A stretch of DNA of 64,000 nt from Fimbriimonadales bacterium (GTDB lineage Bacteria; Armatimonadota; Fimbriimonadia; Fimbriimonadales; Fimbriimonadaceae), in the NCBI GenBank assembly GCA_038210535.1, contig JBBQWO010000007.1, forward strand, positions 47,766 through 111,765, in the 5' to 3' direction. The position numbers and the translations under genes are program-made. The notes under the pieces were generated by a model. That model worked only from the letters and a program-made list of their open reading frames with translations. It was not told the origin of the DNA and made no database searches. Shown here in pieces: positions 18,560 to 27,362 of this stretch. How positions within the stretch are numbered: position 1 is the stretch's first letter; the number at the start of each line of letters is the position of its first letter.

Positions 18560-18995
18560 TCAGCAACAGCACTTCGCCGGGCTGAACCAATTGACCACTT
18601 TGGGCCACTTGCTTCAATACCGTCCCACTGAGTGGAGATGGAATCTCGTTAAATACCTTCATTGCCTCGATCAGGCCGACGATCTGTCCGGTCGTGACGA
18701 GTTCACCTTCCTTGACGAAGGCAGGAGAAGAAGGACTTGAGGAGCTGTAATAGATCCCCGTCATGGGAGACGTGATCGGCGTGCCTTGGGGCGGTTCCGG
18801 CTGCGCCGGCTCTGCCGGGGGATGGTGGAGAATCTCGGCAGTCTCCCCCGCCGGGCGGCTCTCGGAAGGCGTCACTGGGGCAGGCTTGCGAGAAAAAGCG
18901 ATTGAGAACTCATCGACGCTCAGTTGCGCTTCATTTAGCCGAAACTCGCTCATGAGTTCCGCGAGCTCTGAAATACGCGCCTTGTTCTCTGCCAC
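18552..18995 (-). CDS. accB: Biotin carboxyl carrier protein of acetyl-CoA carboxylase
   Basis: 147 aa with a Pro/Ala linker and then the biotinyl domain 'GQIVGLIEAMKVFNEIPSPLSGTV' (AMK motif). Confidence 0.8.
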   Translation of the reverse strand: MAENKARISELAELMSEFRLNEAQLSVDEFSIAFSRKPAPVTPSESRPAGETAEILHHPPAEPAQPEPPQGTPITSPMTGIYYSSSSPSSPAFVKEGELVTTGQIVGLIEAMKVFNEIPSPLSGTVLKQVAQSGQLVQPGEVLLLIG

Positions 18996-19054
18996 GGGGG
19001 AATTATGTCGCCTTGGGACATGCCATAATCAAGTGAAAAGGCAAGGAGGCAAAT

Positions 19055-20521
19055 TTGCCCGCTTTTCGCGAAGGTCTTAGCTTCGACGACATTCTTCTTA
19101 TTCCTAAACGCACCGAGGTTCTCCCAAGTGAAGTTGACCTCACTACGACCTTTCTAAAGGGCATCACCCTTAGAGTACCGATCGTGTCCGCACCCATGGA
19201 CACCGTTACCGATGCACGTCTCGCCATCGCGATCGCCAGAGAGGGCGGCGTTGGGGTTTTGCATCGCAACATGACCATCGAGCAACAAGCGGAAGCCGTG
19301 GATCGCGTGAAGCGATCGGAAAGCGGCGTTATTACCAAGCCATTCAAGCTCGAAGCAGATAAGACGATTCAGGACGCGCTGACGCTCATGGAGCGCTTCC
19401 ATATCTCGGGCGTTCCCATCGTCAGTGAAGACGGCAAGCTCGTCGGCATCCTAACGAACCGCGATATTCGCTTCGAAACCGACTTTAGCAAGAAGATCAG
19501 TGAGCGGATGACGAGTAAGAATCTCGTGACCGCTCCGGTTGGCACCACGCTCGAGGACGCTCAGGAAATTCTCGGACACCACCGTATCGAGAAGCTCCCA
19601 TTGGTCGATGACGAAGGGCAACTCCGTGGCCTGATCACTATCAAAGACATCAAAAAGGTAGCCAGGCACCCTTGGGCCACTAAAGACCAGAAGGGTCGGC
19701 TGATCGTCGGTGCGGCCATTGGTTCGCTGAGAGAGCCTTACGAACGCGCCAAAGCTTTGCTGGACGCAGGGGTGGACTTTGTCGTGATCGACGCCGCTCA
19801 CGGGCACTCTAAGGGGGTCATGGACTGCCTGAAGATGCTCAAGCAGCGCCTCCCCGATCTTAAGGTCGTAGCGGGCAACGTCGCCACCAAGCAGGCCACC
19901 AAAGACTTGATTGACCTTGGGGCAGACGGCTTGCGGGTGGGAATCGGCGCTGGCTCTATTTGCACCACGCGCGTAGTCGCAGGAGTTGGCGTCCCCCAAT
20001 TCACGGCTGTTTTGGATTGTTGTGAGGAAGCTAGAAAACACGGCATCCCGACTATCGCGGATGGCGGCATCCGAAGCTCAGGCGACATTACCAAGTCACT
20101 GGCGGCCGGAGCAAGCACCGTCATGATGGGCAACATGTTCGCGGGATGTGAAGAGAGTCCTGGTGAAACGGAGATTTTCCGTAACCGGGCCTACAAGGTC
20201 TATCGCGGAATGGGCTCGGTGGGCGCAATGCGGCAAGGTTCCTCCGATCGGTATATGCAGACGGGCGGAGTCATCGTTCCAGAAGGGGTTGAAGGGCGAG
20301 TTCCTTTTAAGGGACCTCTAAGCGACACCATGACCCAGCTAATTGGGGGATTGAGGAGCGGCATGGGCTATGCGGGGGCCAAGAATCTGTCAGAGCTGAT
20401 AGAGAACGCCGAGTTCCTCAAGATTACAAACGCGGCGCTGAGGGAAAGCCATCCTCACGACGTTCAGATCACCAAAGAGCCGCCCAACTACTCTTCTCCG
20501 TCCTCATCTGAAGGCGAATAG
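19055..20521 (+). CDS. guaB: IMP dehydrogenase
   Basis: 488 aa. TTG start with AAGGAGG 5 nt upstream. It has '[12 protein letters not shown]', a tandem CBS insert, the catalytic loop '[11 protein letters not shown]' and 'GGIRSSGDI'. Confidence 0.95.
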   Translation: MPAFREGLSFDDILLIPKRTEVLPSEVDLTTTFLKGITLRVPIVSAPMDTVTDARLAIAIAREGGVGVLHRNMTIEQQAEAVDRVKRSESGVITKPFKLEADKTIQDALTLMERFHISGVPIVSEDGKLVGILTNRDIRFETDFSKKISERMTSKNLVTAPVGTTLEDAQEILGHHRIEKLPLVDDEGQLRGLITIKDIKKVARHPWATKDQKGRLIVGAAIGSLREPYERAKALLDAGVDFVVIDAAHGHSKGVMDCLKMLKQRLPDLKVVAGNVATKQATKDLIDLGADGLRVGIGAGSICTTRVVAGVGVPQFTAVLDCCEEARKHGIPTIADGGIRSSGDITKSLAAGASTVMMGNMFAGCEESPGETEIFRNRAYKVYRGMGSVGAMRQGSSDRYMQTGGVIVPEGVEGRVPFKGPLSDTMTQLIGGLRSGMGYAGAKNLSELIENAEFLKITNAALRESHPHDVQITKEPPNYSSPSSSEGE

Positions 20522-20526
20522 ACAGA

Positions 20527-20555
20527 CTGCGCCCTCCCCTCGCGGGAGGGCGCAG
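20527..20555 (+). terminator. GC-rich hairpin downstream of guaB
   Basis: CTGCGCCCTCCC (20527-20538) pairs with GGGAGGGCGCAG (20544-20555), with loop CTCGC. Only a weak T-rich tail follows ('tgtagtctt'). Confidence 0.55.
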
Positions 20556-20593
20556 TGTAGTCTTGGGCCGCCTTGCGGCATAATCTCTGCGGC

Positions 20594-21229
20594 ATGAATG
20601 AGCTTCAGGCGCGGGCCCAGATGTGCGAAGTTGGCAAGCGCCTCTGGCAAAAGGACCTTGTCGGCGGCGCGGAAGGCAATCTTTCGCTCAGGCTTTCTTC
20701 ACGCCAGATACTCTGCACGCCTAGCGGCTTGAGCAAGGGTCATCTAAGACCTTCGGATCTGGTTGTGATCGATAACCACGGGATCCCGATTTCCGAAGGT
20801 AAACCGAGCAGTGAGATTCTCCTGCACTTGAAAATCCTTGCTGGTCGTAAGGACTGCATGGCCGTCATCCACGCCCACCCACCCATCGCCACTGCATTTG
20901 CCTTGGCGGGCGAGGACATTCCGGACAATTTGCTCCCCGAGTCTGCTTTCGTGCTCGGGTCGGTCGCGACAGTGCCGTTTGGAGAGCCCGGAACGGCGGA
21001 TTTACCGAACAAGATCGAGCCGCTTCTGGACGACCACAAAACGTTTCTGCTGGCGAATCACGGCGCGGTTGTCATGGGCACTGACCTAATGGACGCTCTT
21101 TTTCGCATGGAAACGCTTGAGCGAGTGGCGCGGCTCATCCTAAACGCCCGCCTACTCGGAGAGCCCAAGCAGATGCCGGAGGAGTACTTCAAGAGCCTCC
21201 TCAAAGTGGCTCTGCACGGCCGCTTGTAG
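20594..21229 (+). CDS. Class II aldolase/adducin-domain protein (fuculose-1-P aldolase / MTRu-1-P dehydratase-like)
   Basis: 'GGAEGNLSLRL', 'CTPSGLSKGHL', 'SSEILLHLKI' and 'VIHAHPPIATAF' are class II aldolase motifs. I prefer ATG 20594 over the TTG at 20573. Confidence 0.8.
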   Translation: MNELQARAQMCEVGKRLWQKDLVGGAEGNLSLRLSSRQILCTPSGLSKGHLRPSDLVVIDNHGIPISEGKPSSEILLHLKILAGRKDCMAVIHAHPPIATAFALAGEDIPDNLLPESAFVLGSVATVPFGEPGTADLPNKIEPLLDDHKTFLLANHGAVVMGTDLMDALFRMETLERVARLILNARLLGEPKQMPEEYFKSLLKVALHGRL

Positions 21230-21285
21230 ATCGCAGAGCAAATGGAGATCGAGGCGGCGATGCCCTTGCCGCTTCGATGCTTTAA

Positions 21286-21627
21286 CTACCTCGATCTGCC
21301 GTACGTGTACCGATCGATAGTAAAGGTTTGCTTGAGGGATAGGCTCAGGTCTTTCTTCATCGATCCGACCTTCACCGGCTGGTTGTCCACCTTGGTCCAG
21401 AGCAGACGCACCGTGTTGCCGTTGACCGTGTATTGCCCGGATGAAGAGTAGTTAGCGCCCACGAATCTGAACTCGCCTTTCTGGGTGAACACAAGCTTCA
21501 TATTTTGATTGGCTTTGCCGTCTTGAATGACCATCCAGGTTCCCGCCATGCTCCATCCGCCGGCTAGACAAGTAGGAACGGCAGCAAGCGTCGCTAGAAA
21601 TAATGAGGCTCGAAGAAGGGAAGTCAT
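21286..21627 (-). CDS. Small secreted protein, unknown function
   Basis: 113 aa with signal peptide 'MTSLLRASLFLATLAAVPTCLAG'. AAGGAG lies 11 nt upstream of the ATG on the minus strand. I recognise no family. Confidence 0.5.
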   Translation of the reverse strand: MTSLLRASLFLATLAAVPTCLAGGWSMAGTWMVIQDGKANQNMKLVFTQKGEFRFVGANYSSSGQYTVNGNTVRLLWTKVDNQPVKVGSMKKDLSLSLKQTFTIDRYTYGRSR

Positions 21628-21954
21628 AGCAAGTTTAACTCCTTAAGATGATTCGACGAGCCACCGGTGGTGCGGCTACTCGTCGACTCAACTTTTGCGA
21701 TGGAGCTAGCAACTATCGAAATAGTCGCTAAGATCAACAGGAGACTTGAACCGTATTCAGCCTCCACATTCGCAAGTAAATATGCGAGGACGTGAGAAAA
21801 ACCCCTCCGAAGGAACTTACATCTGGTTCCCTACCCCCTCTCGGTGTGTCACGCCGCAACCTCGAAGTGGAACGGAATGCCGTGCACGGGGGTGAGAACT
21901 CATGCTCCCTCGGCTCCTCAGCATGGACGGGGGAGGTAAGTTCCAGTCACTACT

Positions 21955-22785
21955 TTGGAAGCAAGACCTCTCTTAATTGTGGACGGCGACAACTTGGCAC
22001 ATCGCGCCTATCACTCCACGCCCAAAACAGTGACCGGGCCCGATGGCGTCGCTATCAATGCCTTGGTTGGAGTCATCGGAATGCTCGTTAGAATCTGGGT
22101 AGCGGAAGCGCCGCGCGCGGTATTTGTGGCCTGGGACACTTTGGGAGTGGACACTTATCGCTCGACCTTGTGGCCAGCCTATCAGACTGGGCGTATTTTT
22201 GAGCCAGAGATCCGTCAGCAACTTGGAATTCTTCCTGAGCTTTGCGAGGCATTTGGCTTCGCTATTGGCAAGAGCGCCGGGTACGAAGCGGATGATCTGA
22301 TGGCCGCCGCCGCTTTTGCCGAGGTCGAGCGTGGTGGGACATGCCTGCTGCTCACCACCGATCGAGACGCTTACCAACTCGCCTCAAAATCAGTTACCGT
22401 GCTAGCTGCACGTCGAGGCTCGCGTGATTTGGACCGTATTGGGCCCCATGAAGTCGTGGAGCGTCTTGGGGTTTTGCCCGAACAGGTGCCGTGCTTCAAG
22501 GCCCTTGCGGGAGATAGCTCAGACAAGATCCCCGGTGCTCGAGGCATCGGGCCAAAATCGGCGGCGTCTCTGCTGCTTAGGCACGGAACCCTTGAAGGAG
22601 TGCTTGCGCATTGGGGAAGGCCCGCAGATGCTGAGCAGGTGCTCATGTTCCGAGAGGTTGTCCGCATGCGCCCGGAAGTTCAAGTCGAGCTTCCCGACGC
22701 GCCACCCGATTGGATGGCCGGTGCCGAAGCTCTGCGAAAACTGGGTGCCGACACACTTGCGGATCGAGTCGCCCTGCTTGCCTGA
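21955..22785 (+). CDS. 5'-3' exonuclease (Pol I N-terminal / FEN-like, stand-alone)
   Basis: 276 aa. It has 'LLIVDGDNLAHRAYH', 'EADDLMA' and an H3TH region 'LAGDSSDKIPGARGIGPKSA'. Confidence 0.8.
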   Translation: MEARPLLIVDGDNLAHRAYHSTPKTVTGPDGVAINALVGVIGMLVRIWVAEAPRAVFVAWDTLGVDTYRSTLWPAYQTGRIFEPEIRQQLGILPELCEAFGFAIGKSAGYEADDLMAAAAFAEVERGGTCLLLTTDRDAYQLASKSVTVLAARRGSRDLDRIGPHEVVERLGVLPEQVPCFKALAGDSSDKIPGARGIGPKSAASLLLRHGTLEGVLAHWGRPADAEQVLMFREVVRMRPEVQVELPDAPPDWMAGAEALRKLGADTLADRVALLA

Positions 22786-22793
22786 GAAACTAA

Positions 22794-22826
22794 AAAGGTC
22801 CCGCGCTCTAAGAGTGCGGGACCTTT
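22794..22826. terminator. Bidirectional intrinsic terminator between convergent genes
   Basis: AAAGGTCCCGC (22794-22804) pairs with GCGGGACCTTT (22816-22826). It is flanked by an A-run on the 5' side and 'caattttt' on the 3' side. Confidence 0.75.
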
Positions 22827-22846
22827 CAATTTTTAGCTTCTGGTGA

Positions 22847-23266
22847 TTACCAGCGGCCGCCTTTGCTGCGACCGCCGCCGCCGCTACTGCTTCCGCCGCC
22901 ATAGCCGCCGCCACCGCCGGAGGAACGACCGCCGCCGCCACCGCCGCCATAGCCGCCGCCACCACCGGAGGAACGACCACCGCCGCCGCCGCCGCCGTAG
23001 CTTCCGCCACCACCGCCGCCGCCGCCGCCTGCTCGGTTCTCACGAGGACGAGCCTCGTTAACCGTTAGGGTGCGACCGTCTAGCTGAGTGCCGTGCTTGT
23101 CTGCGATTGCTGCTTCGAGCTGCTCTGCTTCGACATCGACGAATGCGAAACCGCGTCCCTCGATGATTCTGATGTTGTTGGCTCCATATGCTGAGAAAGC
23201 GGTTTGTAGATCGCTCTCACTGCTGCTGTAGGAGATATTACCGACGTATAGTGTTTTACTTGCCAA
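22847..23266 (-). CDS. Glycine-rich RNA-binding protein (single RRM plus a GGGGGGGRSSGGGGGY tail)
   Basis: RNP2 'LYVGNI' and RNP1 'RGFAFVDV' are present. The track ORF (to 23518) has an implausible N-terminus. I place the start at TTG (complement of 23264-23266), which has GGAGG 6 nt upstream. Confidence 0.8.
   Translation of the reverse strand: MASKTLYVGNISYSSSESDLQTAFSAYGANNIRIIEGRGFAFVDVEAEQLEAAIADKHGTQLDGRTLTVNEARPRENRAGGGGGGGGGSYGGGGGGGRSSGGGGGYGGGGGGGRSSGGGGGYGGGSSSGGGGRSKGGRW
22901..22996 (-). repeat. 2 x 48-nt in-frame tandem repeat encoding GGGGGGGRSSGGGGGY
   Basis: The Tyr codons (complement of 22901-03, 22949-51 and 22997-99) recur at exactly 48-nt spacing, with near-identical sequence between them. 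Confidence 0.8.
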
Positions 23267-23496
23267 TTCAGGCCTCCGTTTGTGCGGGCGATTGCCCGCT
23301 GTGTTGCACGGTCTTGCGGTCTCCGATCTCTTTGCTAATTCCGCGCGAGGCTGAACGGTCTGAGAAGTTCGAAACAAGGCTGTAGCGTTCTCATTATGAC
23401 CCAAAAACGACAAAGTCTGTTTCCAGTTGACCCATTGAATTGCGAAAGTTGTGCCGTTCCGGTCAGCGGAGAGCCCGGGCCATCTACAATCTAGGG

Positions 23497-23910
23497 ATGA
23501 GCACCGGCCGCCGCGCATACGATTTGCTTCGAGGATATGTCAATCACGAGTGGGAGCGGATCAAAGGCATCGAGGAAGATCCGGCGGAGCAGGAGCTCAA
23601 TGAAGCTCTCGCAGGGCCCGGCTATCGCCGCACGTCCTATAGCGAGCACTCCGAAGCCGAAGTGATCGTGATCAGCGACGAAGACAAGGCTCGCCAGATC
23701 TTGGGAGTAGGACCTGCGGCCACTTTCGATGAGATCAGGAAAGCCTTCGATAAACTCAACCAGAGAAGCGATCCGGCTAAATTCCCGGGGGGCAGTCCTG
23801 AAGCGGACCATGCAGCCGAGATCCGGTCAAGGGTTCACAAAGCATTTCGAATCTTAAGTGAAAAGTTCGACGCGACCGAAACCCGCTTCAAATCCCTCGA
23901 GATCGACTGA
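23497..23910 (+). CDS. Hypothetical protein with a degenerate J-like domain (no HPD)
   Basis: I prefer ATG 23497 ('MSTGRRAYDLL'). 'ARQILGVGPAATFDEIRKAFDKLNQRSDPAKFP...AEIRSRVHKAFRILSE' follows the J-domain helix II/III pattern, but HPD is replaced by DPA. Confidence 0.45.
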   Translation: MSTGRRAYDLLRGYVNHEWERIKGIEEDPAEQELNEALAGPGYRRTSYSEHSEAEVIVISDEDKARQILGVGPAATFDEIRKAFDKLNQRSDPAKFPGGSPEADHAAEIRSRVHKAFRILSEKFDATETRFKSLEID

Positions 23911-23917
23911 AGAAAGT

Positions 23918-24094
23918 CTAGTGGCCTTGCCACGCGGAATTGAACATTCGATCCCAAGTGCCATTCGCTAAGTCGTGGGCCCTCTGGCTCGAGCCGCTGC
24001 AGAACGGCACTGCGTAAAGAATCAGAGCCAGAGCAAGCGCCCCCAGCACTCCCGTATCCCAACGAAAACGAATTCTATGAGCTCGATTAGCCAT
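23918..24094 (-). CDS. Possible small membrane protein
   Basis: The internal ATG 24094 gives 'MANRAHRIRFRWDTGVLGALALALILYAVPF...', a positive n-region followed by one TM helix. There is no homology support. Confidence 0.25.
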   Translation of the reverse strand: MANRAHRIRFRWDTGVLGALALALILYAVPFCSGSSQRAHDLANGTWDRMFNSAWQGH

Positions 24095-24150
24095 AGAGAT
24101 ATTGTCGAGGGTTACGGGCAGCTGGGCGACAAAGGAGGAAAAAACTCCAA

Positions 24151-26073
24151 CTAGAGACGACGCGTCCAAACTTGCATGTTGGTCGCTCCTCTGTTGTTCC
24201 AGGCATAGAACGGGATAAACGTGGCCTTTGTTTCCTTGACGTCAGCGGCCCCCACCTCTGCGTAAAGGCCCTCAGGAAACAGCTCTACCTCGCATGCCCC
24301 GTCCACAATCAGGGTCGTAACCCCGAGCTTCTCTTGCCGCCCAATCTCCGCTGGAGCGTCCGTATCGGCCATGAAGAGCTGCGGCGGGTAGTCCATGTCG
24401 TGCTGCTCCGCGCAAAAGACCAAGGGCCCCCGGGTCAGCGCCGAGCGTCCAAGATTGTCTCTCACGCGAGGATCTGACTCTAACCACTTTGGTTCCATTT
24501 CTAACTCGATCTTGAGTTTGTCGCCAGGCTTCCAGGTGCGCCGAAACACGGCATAGCCCTCTTCGTATTCGGCTTCCTCGTCCGCACCTTCGATCTCAAA
24601 GGAGACATCGTCAGCCCAGCCAGGAATGCGCACGGCCACCGCAAATGAGCGTGGATGGTCAGGCGTAATGATGACCTCGATCTCCCCGGACCAAGGATAG
24701 TTCGACTTGCACTCGACCTGAACGTCTCCTCCGCCCAGTTTTAAGCCAGCGTTGAAGCCGACCGGCACGTGCACGAATAGGGTGTCTGCTGATGCACCAA
24801 CCGCGTAATGTCCCAGATTTCCGATGAGCCGGGCGATATTTGGCGGACAACACGCACAGGTGAACCAGGGCACACGCTGGTGGGTACCTCGGCTTTCCAG
24901 CGGATTCGTGTAGAAGTATTGATCGCCGACTTGCGAGATGCCGCTCAGCGCACCATTGTAAAGCGCTTGCTCGAGCACGTCGGCATAGTCGGAGTTGCCC
25001 GTAAGTTCAAGCATCTTGTGGCCCCAGAAAATGAGTCCGATGGATGCGCAAGTCTCAGCGTACGCAGTCAGGTTTGGAAGGTCGAAGTCGCCGGTAAATC
25101 CTTCGTTGCTTGCGCTCGGGCCGATTCCGCCGGTGACATACATGCGTCGATTGATCAGGTTCGACCACACTCGGTCAAGCGCCTCCTCGAGGAGAGTGTC
25201 GCCTTTATCCGCCGCAAGATCGGCAGCGGCAATGTAGTAATACATGGCTCGGACGGCGTGCCCCACGATTTCGGTGTGCTCTCGTATGGGCGCGTGATCT
25301 TGGCAGTAGTCTCCACAATATTCTCCCGTGCCCATGAGCAGCCGGGCGGCTTCCGGGGCCAGCGCTATAACATCGGGCTCCTCCATCTCGGGTTCGAAAA
25401 TGCTGGGCTGGTGTCCTCGTTCCTCGATCATCCAACGGGCGAAGTCGGCATATTTCGGCTCTTCGGTGACTTTTGCGAGGCGAACAAGAGCCAGCTCGAT
25501 CTCCTGATGTCCGCAATAGCCTCTCCGCTTGTCTGGCCCAAACACGCTCATCACGTGATCTGCGAATCGGATCGAGACCTCAAGCAATCGCCGGTCGCCG
25601 GTACTTTCAAACATGGCCACGCCAGCCTCGATCAGGTGGCCCCCGCTATACATCTCGTGCATCGCGTTCAGATTCCTCCAGCGCATGGACGGGTGAGCTA
25701 GCTGGAAGTAGGTGTTGATGTAGCCGTCGGGCATCTGGGCTGCGGCGACCACTTCCGTGCAGATATCGACTAGCGATCGCACCTTATCTGCCGCAGCTTT
25801 GAGGTCGGACCTGCGGGCCGCGACCGCGAGAGAGTATGCGCATGCCTCAAGGAACTTGTAGACGTCGCTGTCATTGAACCGAAGTCCCTCGAATGTCCCC
25901 TCCTTTCTTCCAGCGGCTCGCTCAAAGTTCGCCAGCCGATTGGTGGCCACGATCTGTTCATACTGTTGGGGCAGTGTGGTCTCGAGGATGGTTTTCTGCC
26001 ACTGAGACCAGAATGGGTCGGTCAGCGTGATTTGAGAAAGGGGAAGGCTGCTCATGCGCCTAGTGAAAGACAT
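24151..26073 (-). CDS. GH127 (DUF1680) beta-L-arabinofuranosidase family, no signal peptide
   Basis: 640 aa. 'ITLTDPFWSQWQ', 'NDSDVYKFLEA', 'GGHLIEAGVA' and 'FTCACCPPNIARL' (Cys-rich Zn/catalytic region) are typical of GH127. Confidence 0.85.
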   Translation of the reverse strand: MSFTRRMSSLPLSQITLTDPFWSQWQKTILETTLPQQYEQIVATNRLANFERAAGRKEGTFEGLRFNDSDVYKFLEACAYSLAVAARRSDLKAAADKVRSLVDICTEVVAAAQMPDGYINTYFQLAHPSMRWRNLNAMHEMYSGGHLIEAGVAMFESTGDRRLLEVSIRFADHVMSVFGPDKRRGYCGHQEIELALVRLAKVTEEPKYADFARWMIEERGHQPSIFEPEMEEPDVIALAPEAARLLMGTGEYCGDYCQDHAPIREHTEIVGHAVRAMYYYIAAADLAADKGDTLLEEALDRVWSNLINRRMYVTGGIGPSASNEGFTGDFDLPNLTAYAETCASIGLIFWGHKMLELTGNSDYADVLEQALYNGALSGISQVGDQYFYTNPLESRGTHQRVPWFTCACCPPNIARLIGNLGHYAVGASADTLFVHVPVGFNAGLKLGGGDVQVECKSNYPWSGEIEVIITPDHPRSFAVAVRIPGWADDVSFEIEGADEEAEYEEGYAVFRRTWKPGDKLKIELEMEPKWLESDPRVRDNLGRSALTRGPLVFCAEQHDMDYPPQLFMADTDAPAEIGRQEKLGVTTLIVDGACEVELFPEGLYAEVGAADVKETKATFIPFYAWNNRGATNMQVWTRRL

Positions 26074-26211
26074 GGGAAAAGGCTACCTGCCCCCGCCGGC
26101 ATTCCTACTGCCGTCTTAGCGTTTGGCTGCTGGTCCTTGACAGGAACCGTCTCGTCACACACGAACCGCTTTGAGGCGGTAACTTGAAGCCGAACACAGG
26201 TCAAAAAACTG

Positions 26212-27177
26212 ATGAACCATCGGACGCCTTACGTCAACATCCTCCAAGTGATCGGCCAAACCCCGATGGTGCGGTTGAGCAAAATCGGTTCGGAATATCC
26301 GGTCGAGATCCTCGCAAAGTGCGAGTATCTGAACCCTGGAGGGTCGATAAAGGAGCGCGTTGCCTACCGCATGATTTTGGATGCAGAAGAGCAGGGGAGG
26401 ATCAAGCCAGGCGACACCCTGATCGAGGCCACCAGCGGTAACACCGGCATCGGCCTCGCGATGGCGGCCGCAGTCAAAGGCTACCGGCTGATCATCTGCA
26501 TGCCTGAAAAAATGAGCAAAGAGAAGCAGCTCATGATGGAAGCTCTTGGGGCGGAGATTGTTCGCACTCCCACCGCGGCCGCCCACGACTCTCCGGATTC
26601 CAACTTTGCAGTCGCTGAGCGTCTCCAAAGGGAGATACCCAACGCCCACATCCTCAATCAGTGGAAGAATCCCGGGAATGTAGGAGTCCACTACGAAAAG
26701 ACGGCAAGAGAAGTGCTCGATCAATGTGAAGGTTGGCTCGACTATTTTGTCACGGGCGTCGGCACGGGCGGCACGATTACGGGAGTCGGAAGGAGGCTGA
26801 AGGAGTCGTTACCGAATGTACAAATTATCGGCGCGGATCCAGAGGGATCGATCATTGGAGGCGGCGAGCCGGGCGGTCCGTATTTGGTCGAGGGCATCGG
26901 CTACGACTTTATCCCTGAGATTTTGGATCAGACGGTAGTGGATCGCTACTACAAGACGAACGACCAACAATCACTGGGGCTTGCCTTGCGATTGATCCAG
27001 GAAGAAGCAATGCTGGTCGGCGGCAGCTCAGGATCGGTCATGCAAGCAGCTTTGGAGATCGCCAAAGAGTGCAAGGGCGGCGAGAGAATCGTGGTCGTGT
27101 TGGCAGACAGCGTCCGAAACTATATGAGCAAGTTCATCGACCCGGTTTGGATGGGAGCGAACGGAATCAAAGCCTGA
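26212..27177 (+). CDS. Cysteine synthase / cystathionine beta-synthase-family PLP enzyme (no CBS pair)
   Basis: 321 aa. It has 'GQTPMVRL', 'NPGGSIKERVA' (PLP Lys) and 'TSGNTGIGLAMAAAVKGYRLIICMPEKMS'. The last resembles the CBS catalytic core more than CysK, from memory. Confidence 0.85.
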   Translation: MNHRTPYVNILQVIGQTPMVRLSKIGSEYPVEILAKCEYLNPGGSIKERVAYRMILDAEEQGRIKPGDTLIEATSGNTGIGLAMAAAVKGYRLIICMPEKMSKEKQLMMEALGAEIVRTPTAAAHDSPDSNFAVAERLQREIPNAHILNQWKNPGNVGVHYEKTAREVLDQCEGWLDYFVTGVGTGGTITGVGRRLKESLPNVQIIGADPEGSIIGGGEPGGPYLVEGIGYDFIPEILDQTVVDRYYKTNDQQSLGLALRLIQEEAMLVGGSSGSVMQAALEIAKECKGGERIVVVLADSVRNYMSKFIDPVWMGANGIKA

Positions 27178-27362
27178 CCCGCTCTATCTGGCGGTGAAGC
27201 GCAGTGGCCAACTGTAGAGAAGCAACTATAAGGGGAAATTCTCGCGAAAAGGAAAGCCTTTGCCTGCCGCAGGTGGTGGTATTCGCTAAATCCGAGTTAC
27301 ACTGTAGTTGAAACTGTGTGCGCTGCCTGGTGCTGCGTGGACTCCGCTACAGAAGAACTAAC

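Noticed and set aside
21628-21954. Possible tRNA-Sec, other tRNA or known ncRNA in the long intergenic region
   Set aside because: I could not assemble an acceptor/T-arm/anticodon (UCA) cloverleaf on either strand. A GGTTCAAGTCTCC-like string on the minus strand has no complementary T-stem.
22519-23061. Ala-rich (174 aa, minus) and Arg-rich (72 aa, plus) ORFs
   Set aside because: They are alternative or antisense frames of the GGC-repeat tail of the RRM protein. Their composition is purely repeat-driven.
24808-25701. 297-aa plus-strand ORF
   Set aside because: It is antisense to the GH127 gene and has no motifs.
26155-26724. 189-aa minus-strand ORF
   Set aside because: It is antisense to the PLP-dependent cysteine synthase/CBS-like gene.
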